64,000 bases of DNA from Stylophora pistillata (Eukaryota): contig NW_019217786.1 of the NCBI RefSeq assembly GCF_002571385.2, forward strand, positions 1,051,676-1,115,675, given 5' to 3'. The notes beneath the pieces were generated by a model that searched no databases, had not been told where the DNA came from, and worked only from the letters and a program-made list of their open reading frames with translations. Positions 38,401 through 51,182 of the stretch are shown one piece after another (position 1 is the stretch's first letter; each line of letters starts with the position of its first letter). A program made the position numbers and the translations under genes.

Positions 38401-41400
38401 CGGCGCAGCAACACAGTTTCTAAAGAAACTGACCTCCTTTATTCAAATGAAATTTGACTTTTTTTTTTTTTAACTTTGCAGGATGAAAAGAATCAACTAA
38501 TGCAAGTCAGTCTCTGGATACGTCAGGTGTGATACATGACATGCATCTCTCAGTGCTATTTTGTTTCGTCATTCTCTTTCATTTTCTTTTTTTCTGCTTA
38601 ATGCGTTGTATTATGTACATAAATTACATCATTTGATCAATCATTTATTTTGAAGGCCTGGTTTAATCCATTCTTGACGTGGAATTCTTCATATTTTGAG
38701 GGTATCAACCAAATCAATATCATCGCAAACAAAGTTTGGATACCAGACATCTATCTTTATAACAAGTACGTAATTATGTATATTGTTTATTTGTTTTCAT
38801 ATAAATTTTTGTTTTTTTTCTCGGATGGTGTATGCTGTTGTTAACGTAAAAACAAGCGAAATCATGGAGGCGCGAAAATCACGCGTGGGCAAGTCATGAT
38901 TGGTTTTAAGGGGGGGGGGGTAAGTTTCTTTAGAAACTGTGGTGCTGCGTCGGTGGGGGTAACAAGGTAATTTGGTTATATTAACTAAGTTGAAATTGTA
39001 AATTGGCCACCCGGCGTAAAGAGTTAAAAAGCTGACGTTTCGAGATTTAACCCTTCACTAACGAGGGGCTAACGCTCGAAACGTCAGCTTTTTAACTCTT
39101 TACAGTGGCCAATTTACAATTTCAACTTAGTTGATATAACCAAATTACATGATTGCTTTTAGTTTTGCACCTGATTGGCTGAGATGTTGGCGCGCGAGTC
39201 GTCAAGACCAATCAGATTTCAATCGCTCCGGGTGTGAATAAAGGGATAATCATGAAGATCAGTCTATAAACAAGTCTCTCACTTTAAAACCTTGCAACAA
39301 CAGCATGTGTCGACGACCAATCATTTCAAGGTATTTCTACTTTTCAGTGCCGATGCAGATAGAGATGGAGCACTTGACCGATTCAAAACTAAGATAGTAC
39401 TCAGCTCTGACGGACGAAACATGTGGCTCGGCCCAGTTCTTTACACCTTTTCTTGCAAAATAAACGTGAACTTTTTCCCTTTTGACGAACAGGTCAGTGT
39501 TAAAGCAGTCTGTGATTAAAACTCAACCGTGTGCGTTATTATATTTTTGGCTTACCATTCACGAAATAGAGGTCAAATTATGAGGTTTTCTCCTGGTCAT
39601 TTCAAATAAAATAAAAATGGTCAACAGAATTTTGTGCTGAAAAGGCCTTAACCAGAGTAAAATATAGGATAACGGATGGTAATGAGTTAGTGCTCAGTTT
39701 CGGGAGGGCTGTCAAAATTTTCTGTTTGATTCTCTTCTCCTCGGCCTCCGCTGAAAAAAGGCACGGCTAACTGTAGACTTAGCCGTGATTATCCTTCATC
39801 TCTTTTATCCTGTACATATTAACGATCATCACCTGCTTTATCTCCGTAACACGTTTTGATATCTTTTTAGTTCTGCTCGATGAAGTTTGGTTCATGGACC
39901 TACGATGGTTACCGTCTTGACATTGAAATGGAATCAGAGGAAGGCGATACAAAGAAGTTTGTAACAAACGGTGAATGGGATTTGATTGGCCTTCCAGCGG
40001 AAAGAAATGAAATTGTTTATGTCTGCTGTCCTGAGCCGTACCCAGACGTGACGTATACGGTCCATATAAGGAGGCGGACCACTTATTATTTTGTGAACCT
40101 CATACTTCCGTGTGTGCTGATAACATGTAAGTTTCTTTACAAAAAACGATATATATGTCTGCTGCATGTTGAGTGCTGGTAAAGATCTCCAGTGTCGGTC
40201 ACAAACGTGTATTTGTCGTCTAAAACGTTCGTTGAAAAGAAAGAACAGAGAAATGAAGCGCTCATCAAAGGATGCACGAACACCCAATAAAACGGCAAAT
40301 CTGAAAAAAAAAAATATATAATTAGGACAAACGACAAATCGAGGGGCAACGAATGACAGAAACTGAGGCTGAAAATAACCCAATATCCATGAAAAAGTCC
40401 AAAGAAGGCCGCATCTTGGTTGGTATTAAAGCAAAAGCGGGAAGAAATGAGCTATGAAGACCGCTGCCGCTTACTGAATTGGAAAACTTTGGAGAAACGT
40501 AGAGAGTTTTATCTCTGATCCAGTGCTATAAGATAGTTCTGGGAATAGATAGTCTTCCTTTTTCTGACTTTTTCGAACTTAACTAAATGTAATCGAACTA
40601 GAGTCAAACACGATTATAAGCTCTACGTAAAAGTAGCCATTCTAAATTGCTACAAATTTTCTTTCTTTGTACGGATCGTTAATATGTGGAATAATTTACC
40701 TAAAGATATTGTACACGCAGGTTCATTGACTTTATTTCATAACAGACTAAGGATTTACATGAATATTGATTCAGAAGATAATAAATAGTTTTTAATTATC
40801 TGTATATAATGTTTTGGTTGACCTTTTCATGTCTTTATTTCGGGGAATCTTTTACATAGGGTTGACCTCTAGATATCCCCATTTGAGAGATACTTTTTGT
40901 AATTTTGATTTTCTTCTCTTGAATAAAGTATTGTATTTGAAAACACAGTAGCAAAAACCAGAGCAACAGTAGCAACAACAAAAATTACAACAACAAAAAA
41001 AAACTTCACAGGAATCGTATAACTGACAAAAACTGGATAAGAAAGAGATTAAATAACAGACGCCTACGTACCAACCAAAAGCGAAAACAAGATTAAAAAA
41101 AACAACAGTGACGAAAAAAAAAAAAAACAGCTTGACAAACAACAACAGCAACAAATGAAAACCAGTAAATGAAAACAACAGGGTACACTTTCGGACTTTT
41201 GAGCCAGGCTAAGAAGGGCGGGGTATGAAACTATGCGATAGATCCCTTACATATCTCACATTGAAGTGTATTGTAATGAATGCTGCTTTTTTCCTCCCCA
41301 ACCTGTAGCCCTGACACTACTGTCGTTTTTCCTCCCCCCTGACTCCGGTGAACGCATTACATTTGTGATTACCAACCTACTGGCCATGACTGTGTTCATG

Positions 41401-42757
41401 TTGATTGTGGCGGAGATCATGCCAGCTACTTCTGAAGTTATTCCATTGATAAGCATTTATTACACTGGAATCATGTTTGAGGTAAGCAGATGATGGCAGG
41501 TAATAGCCTTAATGGTTCCTTCTGGGTGAAGAACACACAGGACACGTCACGATAGTGTATTGTACTGTGTTAGTTGTCTTCCTCGCCTTTTTGTGTTTTT
41601 TTTCTCTATCGTTTTACATCAACCACGTCTTCTACGCTAAGTGATATCTGAGAGCCGGCAACTCTCCTACAGGAACTGATGACTTTAAATATCAGTGACA
41701 ATTTGATAGTTTCCTTGGGCATCGTTTCCCATATAATAATTTTCTTAAATGTCATATACCTGCATGCTCGACTGAGCATATAGGGTCTAGCCGTCATTTA
41801 TCGCCAGAAGAAGTCGGAGGGTTTTTTTTGGGGGGGGAGGCGGGGTCATATGTTTTTTGGGGGGAAAGGAGGGGCGTCAGTCGTCGCTAAGAAAGTATTA
41901 AGGAGGACTATGAAAAATTGACTGCCAATGATGGGGGATCATTAGAATAATACAGAGCCTGTGGGCGGGGGGAAATCAGGGAGATTTGACAGTGACACAA
42001 AAATAATTCCTCCGACCCCTCCCCCCTCCTTCCAGCGCCAGTCCCTAACTAAAACGTTTTTTTGCAGGTCGCTCTCTCTTTAGTTGCAACATGCTTGGTG
42101 CTGAAGTGCTACTACAAAAACCCCTCAGTGGCGGAGATGCCCACATGGGTCAGAACAATCGTGCTCAACTGGATGGCCAAAATTTTTCACGTCAAGATTC
42201 CTGCAGGATTGATAAACGTAATCGAAAAACACGTGCAAGAACAAGAGGAAGCTCGGGAGGAGATTGATATGGAGAGGCGGAGTTCTACCATGCCACCAAC
42301 AGTCATGCAACGTGAAAGATGTTTCACATCGATAGGAGAATTCTACTCAAAATCCAGAGGAAGTCTGCAAACTGCTGGCCGAAACCGCTGTAGGACATTC
42401 TCCTCAGAAAGAGATTCAAGCGTAGAAGGAGAAACCACACAGACTACTCGTGTTCCCAAGCCTTTATACCTTCCTTTCATCACCAGTCTTCGCTCCATTA
42501 ACGAAGATCGACCATCTGCCCCAAATATCCAATTGTCTTTGGAAGCTACTATGAGAGAATTGCTATTGAAGCAAGACAACATATTGAAGAACGTTCGAAG
42601 GTTGGTGCATGTGGTGAGAGAAAAAGAGGAAAGTGAAATTAAGAGAGAGGAATGGAAACTGGTCGCCTCTGTCATCGATGCCTGTTTCTTTTGGGTTTTC
42701 ATGGCCGTATTGGTAGTTTCTAGTCTCGTTATTTTTCTGCAGGCTCCAAAGTATTGA
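35428..42757 (+). CDS. Nicotinic acetylcholine receptor alpha-type subunit A (alpha7/9/10-like)
   Basis: Exons: 35428-35494 (signal peptide [22 protein letters not shown]), 37569-37732, 38482-38526, 38656-38765, 39348-39492, 39871-40126, 41309-41481, 42068-42757. Cys-loop [20 protein letters not shown], loop [10 protein letters not shown]2 [20 protein letters not shown], and M4 after WKLVASVID. Confidence 0.95.
38115..38380 (+). mobile_element. Palindromic Penelope-derived non-autonomous element with 14-bp TSD
   Basis: TSD TTATCTTGTAGTAC at 38101-38114 and 38381-38394. Back-to-back inverted hammerhead motifs. Confidence 0.88.
38225..38258 (+). ncRNA. Minimal hammerhead ribozyme with intact core
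   Basis: GCT-CTGACGA-AGAGCTAACACTC-GAAA-CG-TC-AGC. Confidence 0.78.
38909..39147 (-). mobile_element. Second palindromic Penelope-derived mini-element, opposite orientation
   Basis: Reverse-complement relative of 38115-38380. TSD CATGATTGGTTTTA (38895-38908) / CATGATTGCTTTTA (39148-39161). Its hammerhead cores are truncated or mutated (CTAACGA). Confidence 0.85.
40378..40940 (+). mobile_element. Degraded LINE 3' end (CR1/L2-like)
   Basis: Frameshifted EKVQRR...[19 protein letters not shown]...[14 protein letters not shown], then AATAAA and a short tail. Confidence 0.75.
41783..42045. mobile_element. MITE with GGG...CCC ends (PIF/Harbinger-like)
   Basis: Termini TAGGGTCTAG ... CCAGTCCCTAA with G-rich and C-rich subterminal arms. 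Confidence 0.5.
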
Positions 42758-43670
42758 TGATAATCAACTTATAAACCCAGATATTGAGTAGGGTTGACGT
42801 AAGTGTTAAAAAAGTATATTACTGTGACTTTGTGCGGAGTGTGATGAAAGAAACGAAGTTTTCCGAGAAAACGATGTTTGATATTTCAGTGCAATCTATT
42901 GTCAGTGTATTTTTTTGTCGTAATTGTTCAGAATCAACTGTTGCAACTTGTTGATTATTGGGGACTCTGGCTAGTGCCATGAGTGCTTTACTAATGATTG
43001 TAAAAATTATATCTTCCAAAGGAAACCTATGTATTCATAATTAAGATTTTTGTGCGATAGTTTAACTCCCATTAAGCAACGAAATTAATTACAAACAATG
43101 AAGAACGTTTGTGGACCAACGCCATCCCTTTAATCGTACCGCGGAAAAGTCTAATATATTAAACTACATCCAAATATAACTAACCTTCCTTCAACATCTT
43201 CCACTTAAAAAAACTCCACAATGTCAAACACTACTTTTCCCCACTTCAGTTCCCTTTCTTTGAACCCTATCGCTTAATTTAAAGGTAATGCTTGCTCCTC
43301 TCCCTCTCTCTCTCTAGAGTAATTTTTCTCTTTCTCTCCAAGTTGACCGCAAAGTTTTCTTTTATCTTTCTTAAGAGGCACTTTTTTCTCGCCGATGTCA
43401 AGTGGATGCATGCAGCCGTCTAGATAAAGGATCTGAATAATAATAAACCTGACCAAACTTAGAGTACGTGCTCTCATTATTATTTTTTTCTTCTTTTTCG
43501 ATGGTCTGGTTAAGATAAACTGTATGACCCCACTCTAGTCACATGGGCACCGTTGACAGTGCAGCGGGGAGATATGAACAAATATGCGCCTTGAACCGAA
43601 TTCTTGTGCTTCGGTTCGGCTTGCTGAAAAGATGAACGGTCACTACACAGAGGTGCACTAGCTAAACAAA

Positions 43671-46600
43671 ATGACGATAGGACATGCGATCTTCTCTGGG
43701 CTCCTTTTGAATTTACTGTATTTGATCATCGTGATATCCTCAAGCGTAGGTGAGTAGAAAAATTCAATATTTGAATGAGGAAACCAGTTGCTAGATTATG
43801 TATTTTTGATTCGATTGTATGGAAGAACATCTGAAGCCGCGTACTGCCCTCGAGACGTGATGTCTTCAGTCTGCAAGTAGTTCGAGTCACGTACTTCCCT
43901 ACTGTTACAGTAATATTTCAAACATTTTCACTCACTTTTCTTGAAGTGCACAAAATATGAATTAGATATAAATCAATATAATCAATTTGGAACATCGAGC
44001 GTTTGTCTCGTTAGACTTTATAATCAGAGAACGCATTTTCCTTCTGACAACTCTACCAGTCAATCTAAATCCGCGAGCTGTTTCACTGAACTTTGAATTG
44101 AACCATCTATTTAATGTCATAATCGCTATATTTGTTACACACCAAGACAAAAAACTTTTCTATTCTTGTTAAGGAGATATTTGAATCGAATCTGCTTTTC
44201 TTGATCGGAAAAAATGTTCCTTCAACACTCGTGCACTACGAAATATTTGGTATCTTAGCAGTGTTTGCTACACGATGAAACTCTGCCAAGCGCGGTGTTA
44301 AAGTGCCGTAAGATCAACTGGCAAAACCAGAATTTGCAACTATAAGATAATCCTTTTGGAATGGAAAGACCCATATTTGTGGTTACGGAACCGTGAAATT
44401 TGAAAGATAATCCTGTTAGCTTCAGAAGCCTTTAACTTAAGCACATAAACTGAAATCATGATTTGCGCGATATAAAACATGCACTAACCCAACTTGGACG
44501 ATATCAACATTTTCGAGCATTTCTAACTCTTAACTAAGATACACTGAGCCTTTTAGAGTCTACGTGCAGTTTAACTTTGATGTCCATCATTACTGCATTT
44601 CATTAATTTGAAATCTGTCAGATTGTTTCAGATCGTTAAGTTTTAGTTTATTGGCTTCGCCAACCGGCAGGGACACCGCAACAGCTTGCGCCAATTATTG
44701 CGGGCCCAGTAAACCCACCCGTCCCACCCCAGGGGAGGACATCCATCACACAGTAATCTCGTGCGTGAGAAATTAACGTCTCCTATCCCCAACCCTACAG
44801 AAGACGGGACCTCCATTTATTCGTCCGTATCCGAGAAGACTAGAATATCTAACCATTTCTTGATATTATAGAAAGGTAGCAAATTCTTCTCAATTATTTT
44901 AAGACCTTGAGTGTTGGTGCGGCCGGAGCTCGAACCCTCGACCTCCCATACAACAGTCCAGCGCACTATCCATTGGGTTAACAGGGTGGCGGTAATCATT
45001 TAATTAATCCTCATCATATTCTCCCTTGCATTGCGCTCAGATTAGCATCAAATTTGTATTTGACGGTAAAAGCCTGTCTCTTTCGGCATATGGTGATATG
45101 AGCCTGGTTCTCAAATTCGGGAGAAAAAATTTCTAATCTTTATCGTGTAAATAGTCTGTGTATACATGATAATGGATCCGTATGAAGTCCACTTGACACA
45201 ATTTATAACGAGTTTTTGTCTTTTTTTTTCTTTTGGCACGATAGAGAAATAATCGGATTTTTCCCTTTAATTAGGAGGGTTAGGTTTGGAGGATTTCAAG
45301 GCCAAAGCGGCATACCCCCTCCCCCCCTCTCCTTGGAACTGGACATCTACTAAATCAGTAACACGATTCTGTTTTAGAATGATGCTTCCCTTCTGGAAAT
45401 CAAACTCTCTCAAAAGGGCAAGAGGTGACTGGCGAAATCGTGGCAACAAAGTGTCAATCAGAAATCCTTGAAATATAATGTTCTTTTCTGGGTGTTTCTT
45501 GTCATGCAAGAAAGCTGCTTCTTGCAATAGTTATTAACGTTCCTTGTGAAATTTTTTGTTTGTCTATTTCATTGCGAATAGTTTTCCTATAAATCGACGA
45601 TGGGGGTTCACCGACTGTAGTGTTGACTCACTCAGACAATCACACCCTTGAATTTATTTCGGTTTGGCAGTCTAGCCTGAAACAATTCGTGATCGTACAG
45701 ATATGAGATTTAATCAGCACGCCATTCATGAACTTGATTCCCCTAACATGCAGAGAGTTACTGCTTAATGAATTTTTATCCTAGATGAAAAGGACTGAAA
45801 GATATGAACTGATGTCTCGCTTGATTTACAAAATTTGATGTGATTAAGAGACCCTTGTGAGATAAGACAGCGTGACCTACATCCGTCTGAAAAAAAAGAA
45901 ATATTGTAACAGATGTTTCCTTCATTCTCGTATCTTTTCTTCTCAGTTTTAGCTATCGTTTTCTGTTGTAACAGATTAGCGTGCCCTTTTGTAAAATATT
46001 TTTGGGTCATAAGGACAAGGAAACTAGCTCCAGACCGTAACACGCTTTTACGAAGCACTAGGGTCTCTTAACTTTTCTTTCTTTATAGTCTTCTTTATTA
46101 ATCTCTCGGCTGTCTAATAAGATGCTACTTAGATACAATGAAATATATGAAGTTCATATATTTTGAACTGCGGTATTAGATACATATGATGCACGATCCT
46201 CGCAGTAGATAGCGCTATTTAAGCAATAGCGAAAATCAGACCTGAAAAAAATCAGGCCTGTACGGGATTCGAACCACTGACCTCTGCGATACTAGTGCAG
46301 CGCTCTACCAATTGAGCTAACGAATCATTATTACGAATCAACTTAACGGCCTGCTCCCAGTTGGCTTGTTAGCTCAATTGGTAGAGCGCTGCACTAGTAT
46401 CGCAGAGGTCAGTGGTTCGAATCCCGTACAGGCCTGATTTTTTTCAGGTCTGATTTTCGCTATTGCTTAAATAGCGCTATCTACTGCGAGGATCGTGCAT
46501 CATATGTATCTAATACCGCAGTACAAAATATATGAACTTCATATATTTCATTGTATCTCATTTATCACTTTCACGGGTTTATTACGAATCAACTTAACGG

Positions 46601-49600
46601 CCTGCTCCCAGTTGGCTTGTTAGCTCAATTGGTAGAGCGCTGCACTAGTATCGCAGAGGTCAGTGGTTCGAATCCCGTACAGGCCTGATTTTTTTCAGGT
46701 CTGATTTTCGCTATTGCTTAAATAGCGCTATCTACTGCGAGGATCGTGCATCATATGTAAGATGCTACTTACATCAACTTTACTTTACTCTCTTCCTTTG
46801 ACCGCTCTGGTTCGGACTTACTGATCGACTACTCTGTTTCTTCTCAACTTTTAACTCCCTGATAACTACTAACTCTAAAGAACACGCTTTTATTTTCATT
46901 TGCTGTCGGTACTGAGGCTTAAGTAGTCATGTTAGCCAACTGACTTTGGAAGATAAATCATTTGTTGTTGGAAGAGTCGCATCCTTTTGCTGATGTTTAA
47001 AGTATTTTATGGCCTGGAACCACAGTCAATACTCGGGATCTCTTCGCAATGAAAGTTAGTACTAGATCAACTCGTGTACCAAACCATATGGCCATCAAAC
47101 GGGTTAATTCAGAAGCTGGTAGACATTCCCACAAGTACCAGTCATATCTGGAACTTTTTACAAAACAGTAAAGTTAAGCTTTCCGCGGCCAGTTTTAATC
47201 CTTTTAAGGATATTTTGGGAAAAATTTTAGTTCGATATACATAAACTTTCAACAAGGAAGCTATTAGGATAAGGAATAAGAACAGTGATTACTTGTAATA
47301 TTGAATACTTCTTAGGCTAAACTGGGTATTTTATCAGTTAACTTATAAATTTTAAGATAGTTTTCTCTTTTAGATTAATTTCAAATCCTTTTAGCAGTAT
47401 AAGATATATCATTTCATTACTTTAGTGATTTTTAGGTCCACATCAGCCTTCCTGACTGCCAATTTGTAACCTGCATTATCAAATAAAATGATGATGAACA
47501 CTAACCCAAACACCATTACAAGAATCTCACAAATAAAAAACACTGGACTTAATGCTTCTGATCAACTAAATCAACCTTTGACTGCGTGTGGGTCCAAAGT
47601 AAAGTCAGTAGACAAACTAAGCACGTCCACTCATGACGTTAAACAAGACAGTCTCTATTTGGAAACTCATCGCGACGGCTTAATCTATAAAACTTCGGAC
47701 TTTAAATTCATATAGAAACTAACTGCTCTATATAAACAAAAGACTAAATGATACCGAGCTTACTGAATACTTCATAACAACATATTATTCCTATCAACAA
47801 CAAAGTGCTACAGGTATTACAGACTGCTTGAGATTCGCCTTCTCTGCGCAGAATGCCGGTATTACATACTTTTTACGGTACGTTAGTGGCTTATTGTAAC
47901 TTGTTGGGCATGATTTTCTTATTACAGATGTCGATGTTGAGCATAATAATTCAGATAGCGAGGAAGGCAGATTATGGCGGAAACTATTCTTATCCAACTA
48001 CAATCCTGAGCTTCGACCTGTTCTGAACACGAGTGAAAAAGTCACAGTCACACTTGGAGTGTCCTTACATCAAATCATTAACGTGGTACGAGTAAGACCA
48101 ATTTTTCAAATGCCCGTGTTTTCCTGCACTTTAGTTTAGTTGTTTTTACTTTGAGTTCTCATTAGCTCTCGGAGGTATTTTACCCGCCTCTGATTGGCCG
48201 TTGGGATTAAATTATGTTTGGTTTTACGACAATCAGAAAGCTCTCTATTATGAAATGGCTGAATGATAATTTCCGGGCGGTCTGACTGGCTACTCATTCA
48301 CACAGGGAGGTTGGGGGAAGGGTACAGAGATAAAAATGGCAATCGCACTTAATTTTATGTTTTGATGTTTTAAGGACGAGAAAAACCAATTGATGCAAGT
48401 GAGCCTATGGATTCGTCAGGTAATGTTTAAGTCTCCTTGCCCAGATAGTCTTGCAACCATTCAAATTTGAACAACAGTGACGTGTCAGTGCTCAATTTAA
48501 GGGAAGAACTGAAGTTCCCTTTTCAGGTCCAAATTACCCGATTATAGCGGGGCTCCCACGCGCGCTTCGCGCGCGTGGGGCAGAGCCCCATACCCATGGA
48601 ATATGGTCAATCTCCTTTCATTTGGTTGTCACGTGACTGACCGAGCGTACGTACGTACGTACGTGCCTTCAGATTGCACGGGTAGGGTAGGGGAGACTAT
48701 CAAAACGAAGTGAGGGGTGTCTCAGGCGAGTCTTGGCAAATGCACTTCTTTTATGTTATCATTAATATTACGAGCTTGAGCTATATATTAGAATTGTGGG
48801 GTGGCAATAGGATTTGCGACCAGAATCGCGAACAGCTCCGCAACTGATACTGGAAAATACTTATTACACCATTTTTCCTTCAATCATTTGTTTGGTTTCT
48901 GTCATTTCATTTTAGTCATGGTTCAATCCAATCTTAACTTGGAACAAATCAGAATACGGAGGAATGGATCAGATAAATATAAAGGCAAATAAATTGTGGA
49001 TACCGGATATCTATCTATACAACAAGTAAGAATGTAAATTATTTTATCTACGCGTCGAATGTATTGCAGACCTATATTTTTTTACCCTTTACTGTAGTGC
49101 CGATGCAAACCAAGACGGGGCCCTTGACCGATTCAAAACTAAAATAGTACTCAGTTCTAACGGTCGGAATATGTGGCTCGGCCCAGTACTCTGCACTTTC
49201 TCCTGCAAGATAAACGTCAACTTTTTCCCTTTTGACGAGCAGGTTAGTTTTATGGTTTTAATTTAAAGTTCATTAATACACAGAAAGGCGAAAAACTAAA
49301 GTGATAATTAAAACTACAGCTAAAAGTTTTATAAGAAATAAACAAGAAATCGTTTTTACATCTGTTTGAATTCGAAGTGAAACGAGGTTTCTTGACCAAT
49401 CACAAAGTGTTGTGAAGTGAAACCAATGAAATTTTGGATTATTTGAAGGCAATCAGTTTACACCCTAATGACGGTGTCGATCTAGAATTCTGTTTTACTT
49501 CTATCATTCAGTTCTGTTCAATGAAGTTTGGCTCATGGACGTTCGACGGTTACCAGGTTGACGTCGTGAAAGAGGCAGATGAAGGTGACATCAAGAAGTA

Positions 49601-51182
49601 CGTTGTTAACGGAGAATGGGACTTGATTGGTATCCCTGCGCAAAGAAATGAAGTTATCTACGTGTGTTGTCCTCAGCCTTACCCAGATGTGACGTATACA
49701 ATCCATATAAGGAGACGAAGCAAATATTATTACGTGAACATGATCGTACCATGCGCGTTGATAACATGTAAGCCAGCTAATATTACAATCTAATTAGGGA
49801 TCAGTTGGAGACGAGTTGGTCTAATGGCTGAGCGCTGGACTCTGAGTCTAGGGGTCTCGGTTCGAGATCTAGTTAGGTCAATTTGTGGTGCTTTTGGGTA
49901 AAACACTCTCCCCTCACCGTGCATCTCTCCACCCATCAGTATAAATGGGATGCCTTGATTAAATGCTAATTAAGAACCAGAGAACCTGGAGAGAACCCAT
50001 GTAGCACAAACGAGCTCCAAACTCAAACCACCTGTGAAATCAGGTGCTGAGCACGACTTGGTTTATCACAAAAAATCGCAAAACAAGGAAGTAATCAAGA
50101 GACATTTCAGCGTTTGTGTTCTTGTTTTCGTTTGTATGCAGCCCTAACACTGCTGTCGTTTTTCCTCCCCCCTGACTCCGGTGAACGCATTACATTGGTG
50201 ATTACCAACCTACTGGCCATGACTGTGTTCATGTTGATTGTGGCGGAGATCATGCCGGCTACTTCTGAAGTTATTCCATTGATAAGCATTTATTACACTG
50301 GAATCATGTTTGAGGTGAGTAACTGGATCGCAATCATTTTTCATCAGAAAGCGAGACCTTCTCTGCACTCGTTCGAAATTGATTTTTAACTGAGACAAAA
50401 GCAGCTACCTAGAGCTGCTTTAACCCCAATGTCTGGTTGCGGAGATTTATTGGTATACGTTTTGAGTTGGAATTTTACCTTATTACAAAACAGTTCGACA
50501 ATTTTGGTTTAACCAACCGCACATTGCATTATTTCCATAGGTCGGTCTTTCTTTGGTAGCAACATGCTTGTCTCTCAAATGTTATTATAACAATCCGTCA
50601 GTGGCAGAGATTCCCGCATGGGTGAGAATAATTGTCTTGAACTGGCTGGCAAAACTTGTGCGCGTCAAAATTCCTCCAGGACTCGTGAAAGTCATCAAAA
50701 AACATTTCAAGGAAAAAGCTGAGGCACGAGAAGAAATCGAGTTTGAGAGACGTAGTTCAGTTCTCCCTCCTACGGGAAGATGCGGAGGTGGTATATCATG
50801 GCGTACTTCCGCCTTCTCTGAGGGGCGGTCAAGTCACGTATCAGAGGCAGCGTCGACTTTCGGACTCCCACAGCTGTTCAACACATGCGCACACTGTTTG
50901 GATACCATTAACGAAGAGCAGCCGACCACGGATGATAGCCCTCCGCAGAATATTCCACTCTCCTTGGAGGTCTCCATGAAAGAAATGCTTCTTAGGCAGG
51001 ACAATTTGTTGAAGAACGTTCGAAGGCTGGTGAGTGTTGTCAGAGAAAATGAGGCAAACGAAATTAAGAGGGAGGAATGGAAATTAGTCGCCGCTGTTAT
51101 CGATGCTTGTTTCTTTTGGTTGTTTATGGTGACACTGATCATTTCTACTCTGGCGATTTTTCTACAAGCTCCATCTTATTGA
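43671..51182 (+). CDS. Nicotinic acetylcholine receptor alpha-type subunit B (tandem paralogue of A)
   Basis: Exons: 43671-43749 (signal peptide [26 protein letters not shown]), 47928-48085, 48375-48419, 48916-49025, 49098-49242, 49512-49767, 50142-50314, 50541-51182. Loop C YVCCPQPY; same intron phases as A. Confidence 0.95.
44640..44993 (-). mobile_element. tRNA-derived SINE
   Basis: Minus strand starts CCGCCACCCTGTTAACCCAATGGATAG...GGTCGAGGGTTCGAGCTCC (A/B-box-like), followed by a non-tRNA body. The left boundary is approximate. Confidence 0.65.
46132..46757 (+). mobile_element. Composite tRNA-like element: inverted partial unit plus ~1.7 tandem 251-bp units, 14-bp TSD
   Basis: TSD TAAGATGCTACTTA at 46118-46131 and 46758-46771. 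tRNA-Thr(AGT)-like cloverleafs at 46363-46435 and 46614-46686. Segment 46131-46321 is the reverse complement of ~46368-46558. Confidence 0.92.
48542..48665. repeat. GC hairpin plus (CGTA)n element
   Basis: GGGGCTCCCACGCGCGC-TTC-GCGCGCGTGGGGCAGAGCCCC followed by a CGTA microsatellite. The layout recalls Helentron-associated elements (inference). Confidence 0.5.
49806..49950 (+). mobile_element. tRNA-derived SINE with CORE-like domain
   Basis: TGGTCTAATGG A box and GGTTCGAGATC B box, then TTGGGTAAAACACT...CTCTCCACCCATCAGTATAAATGGG. Confidence 0.65.

Larger units (their letters stand above)
37994..38445 (+). mobile_element. Older degenerate hammerhead mini-element hosting the 38115-38380 insertion
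   Basis: TGACAAGGGGCTATTGTTTGAAACGTCAGC...CCAAATTATCTTGTAGTAC resumes after the TSD as CCCCACCGGCGCAGCAACACAGTTTCTAAAGAAAC. Confidence 0.7.

Noticed and set aside
40852-41178. Hydrophobic, Cys-rich 108-aa ORF on the minus strand
   Set aside because: It is the translation of low-complexity A/CAA-rich intronic sequence.
46363-46686. Genuine tRNA-Thr(AGT) genes (also ~20028-20100)
   Set aside because: The T stem and anticodon stem have mismatches, and the copies lie inside TSD-bounded repeat units, so they are better read as tRNA-derived mobile DNA.
46329-46757. CRISPR-like or satellite array
   Set aside because: The units are identical with no unique spacers, the context is eukaryotic, and there are fewer than two full units.
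42343-51142. Similar antisense ORFs in nAChR A and B (for example 42343-42702, 50834-51142 and 50107-50289)
   Set aside because: They are shadows of the conserved sense-strand exons.
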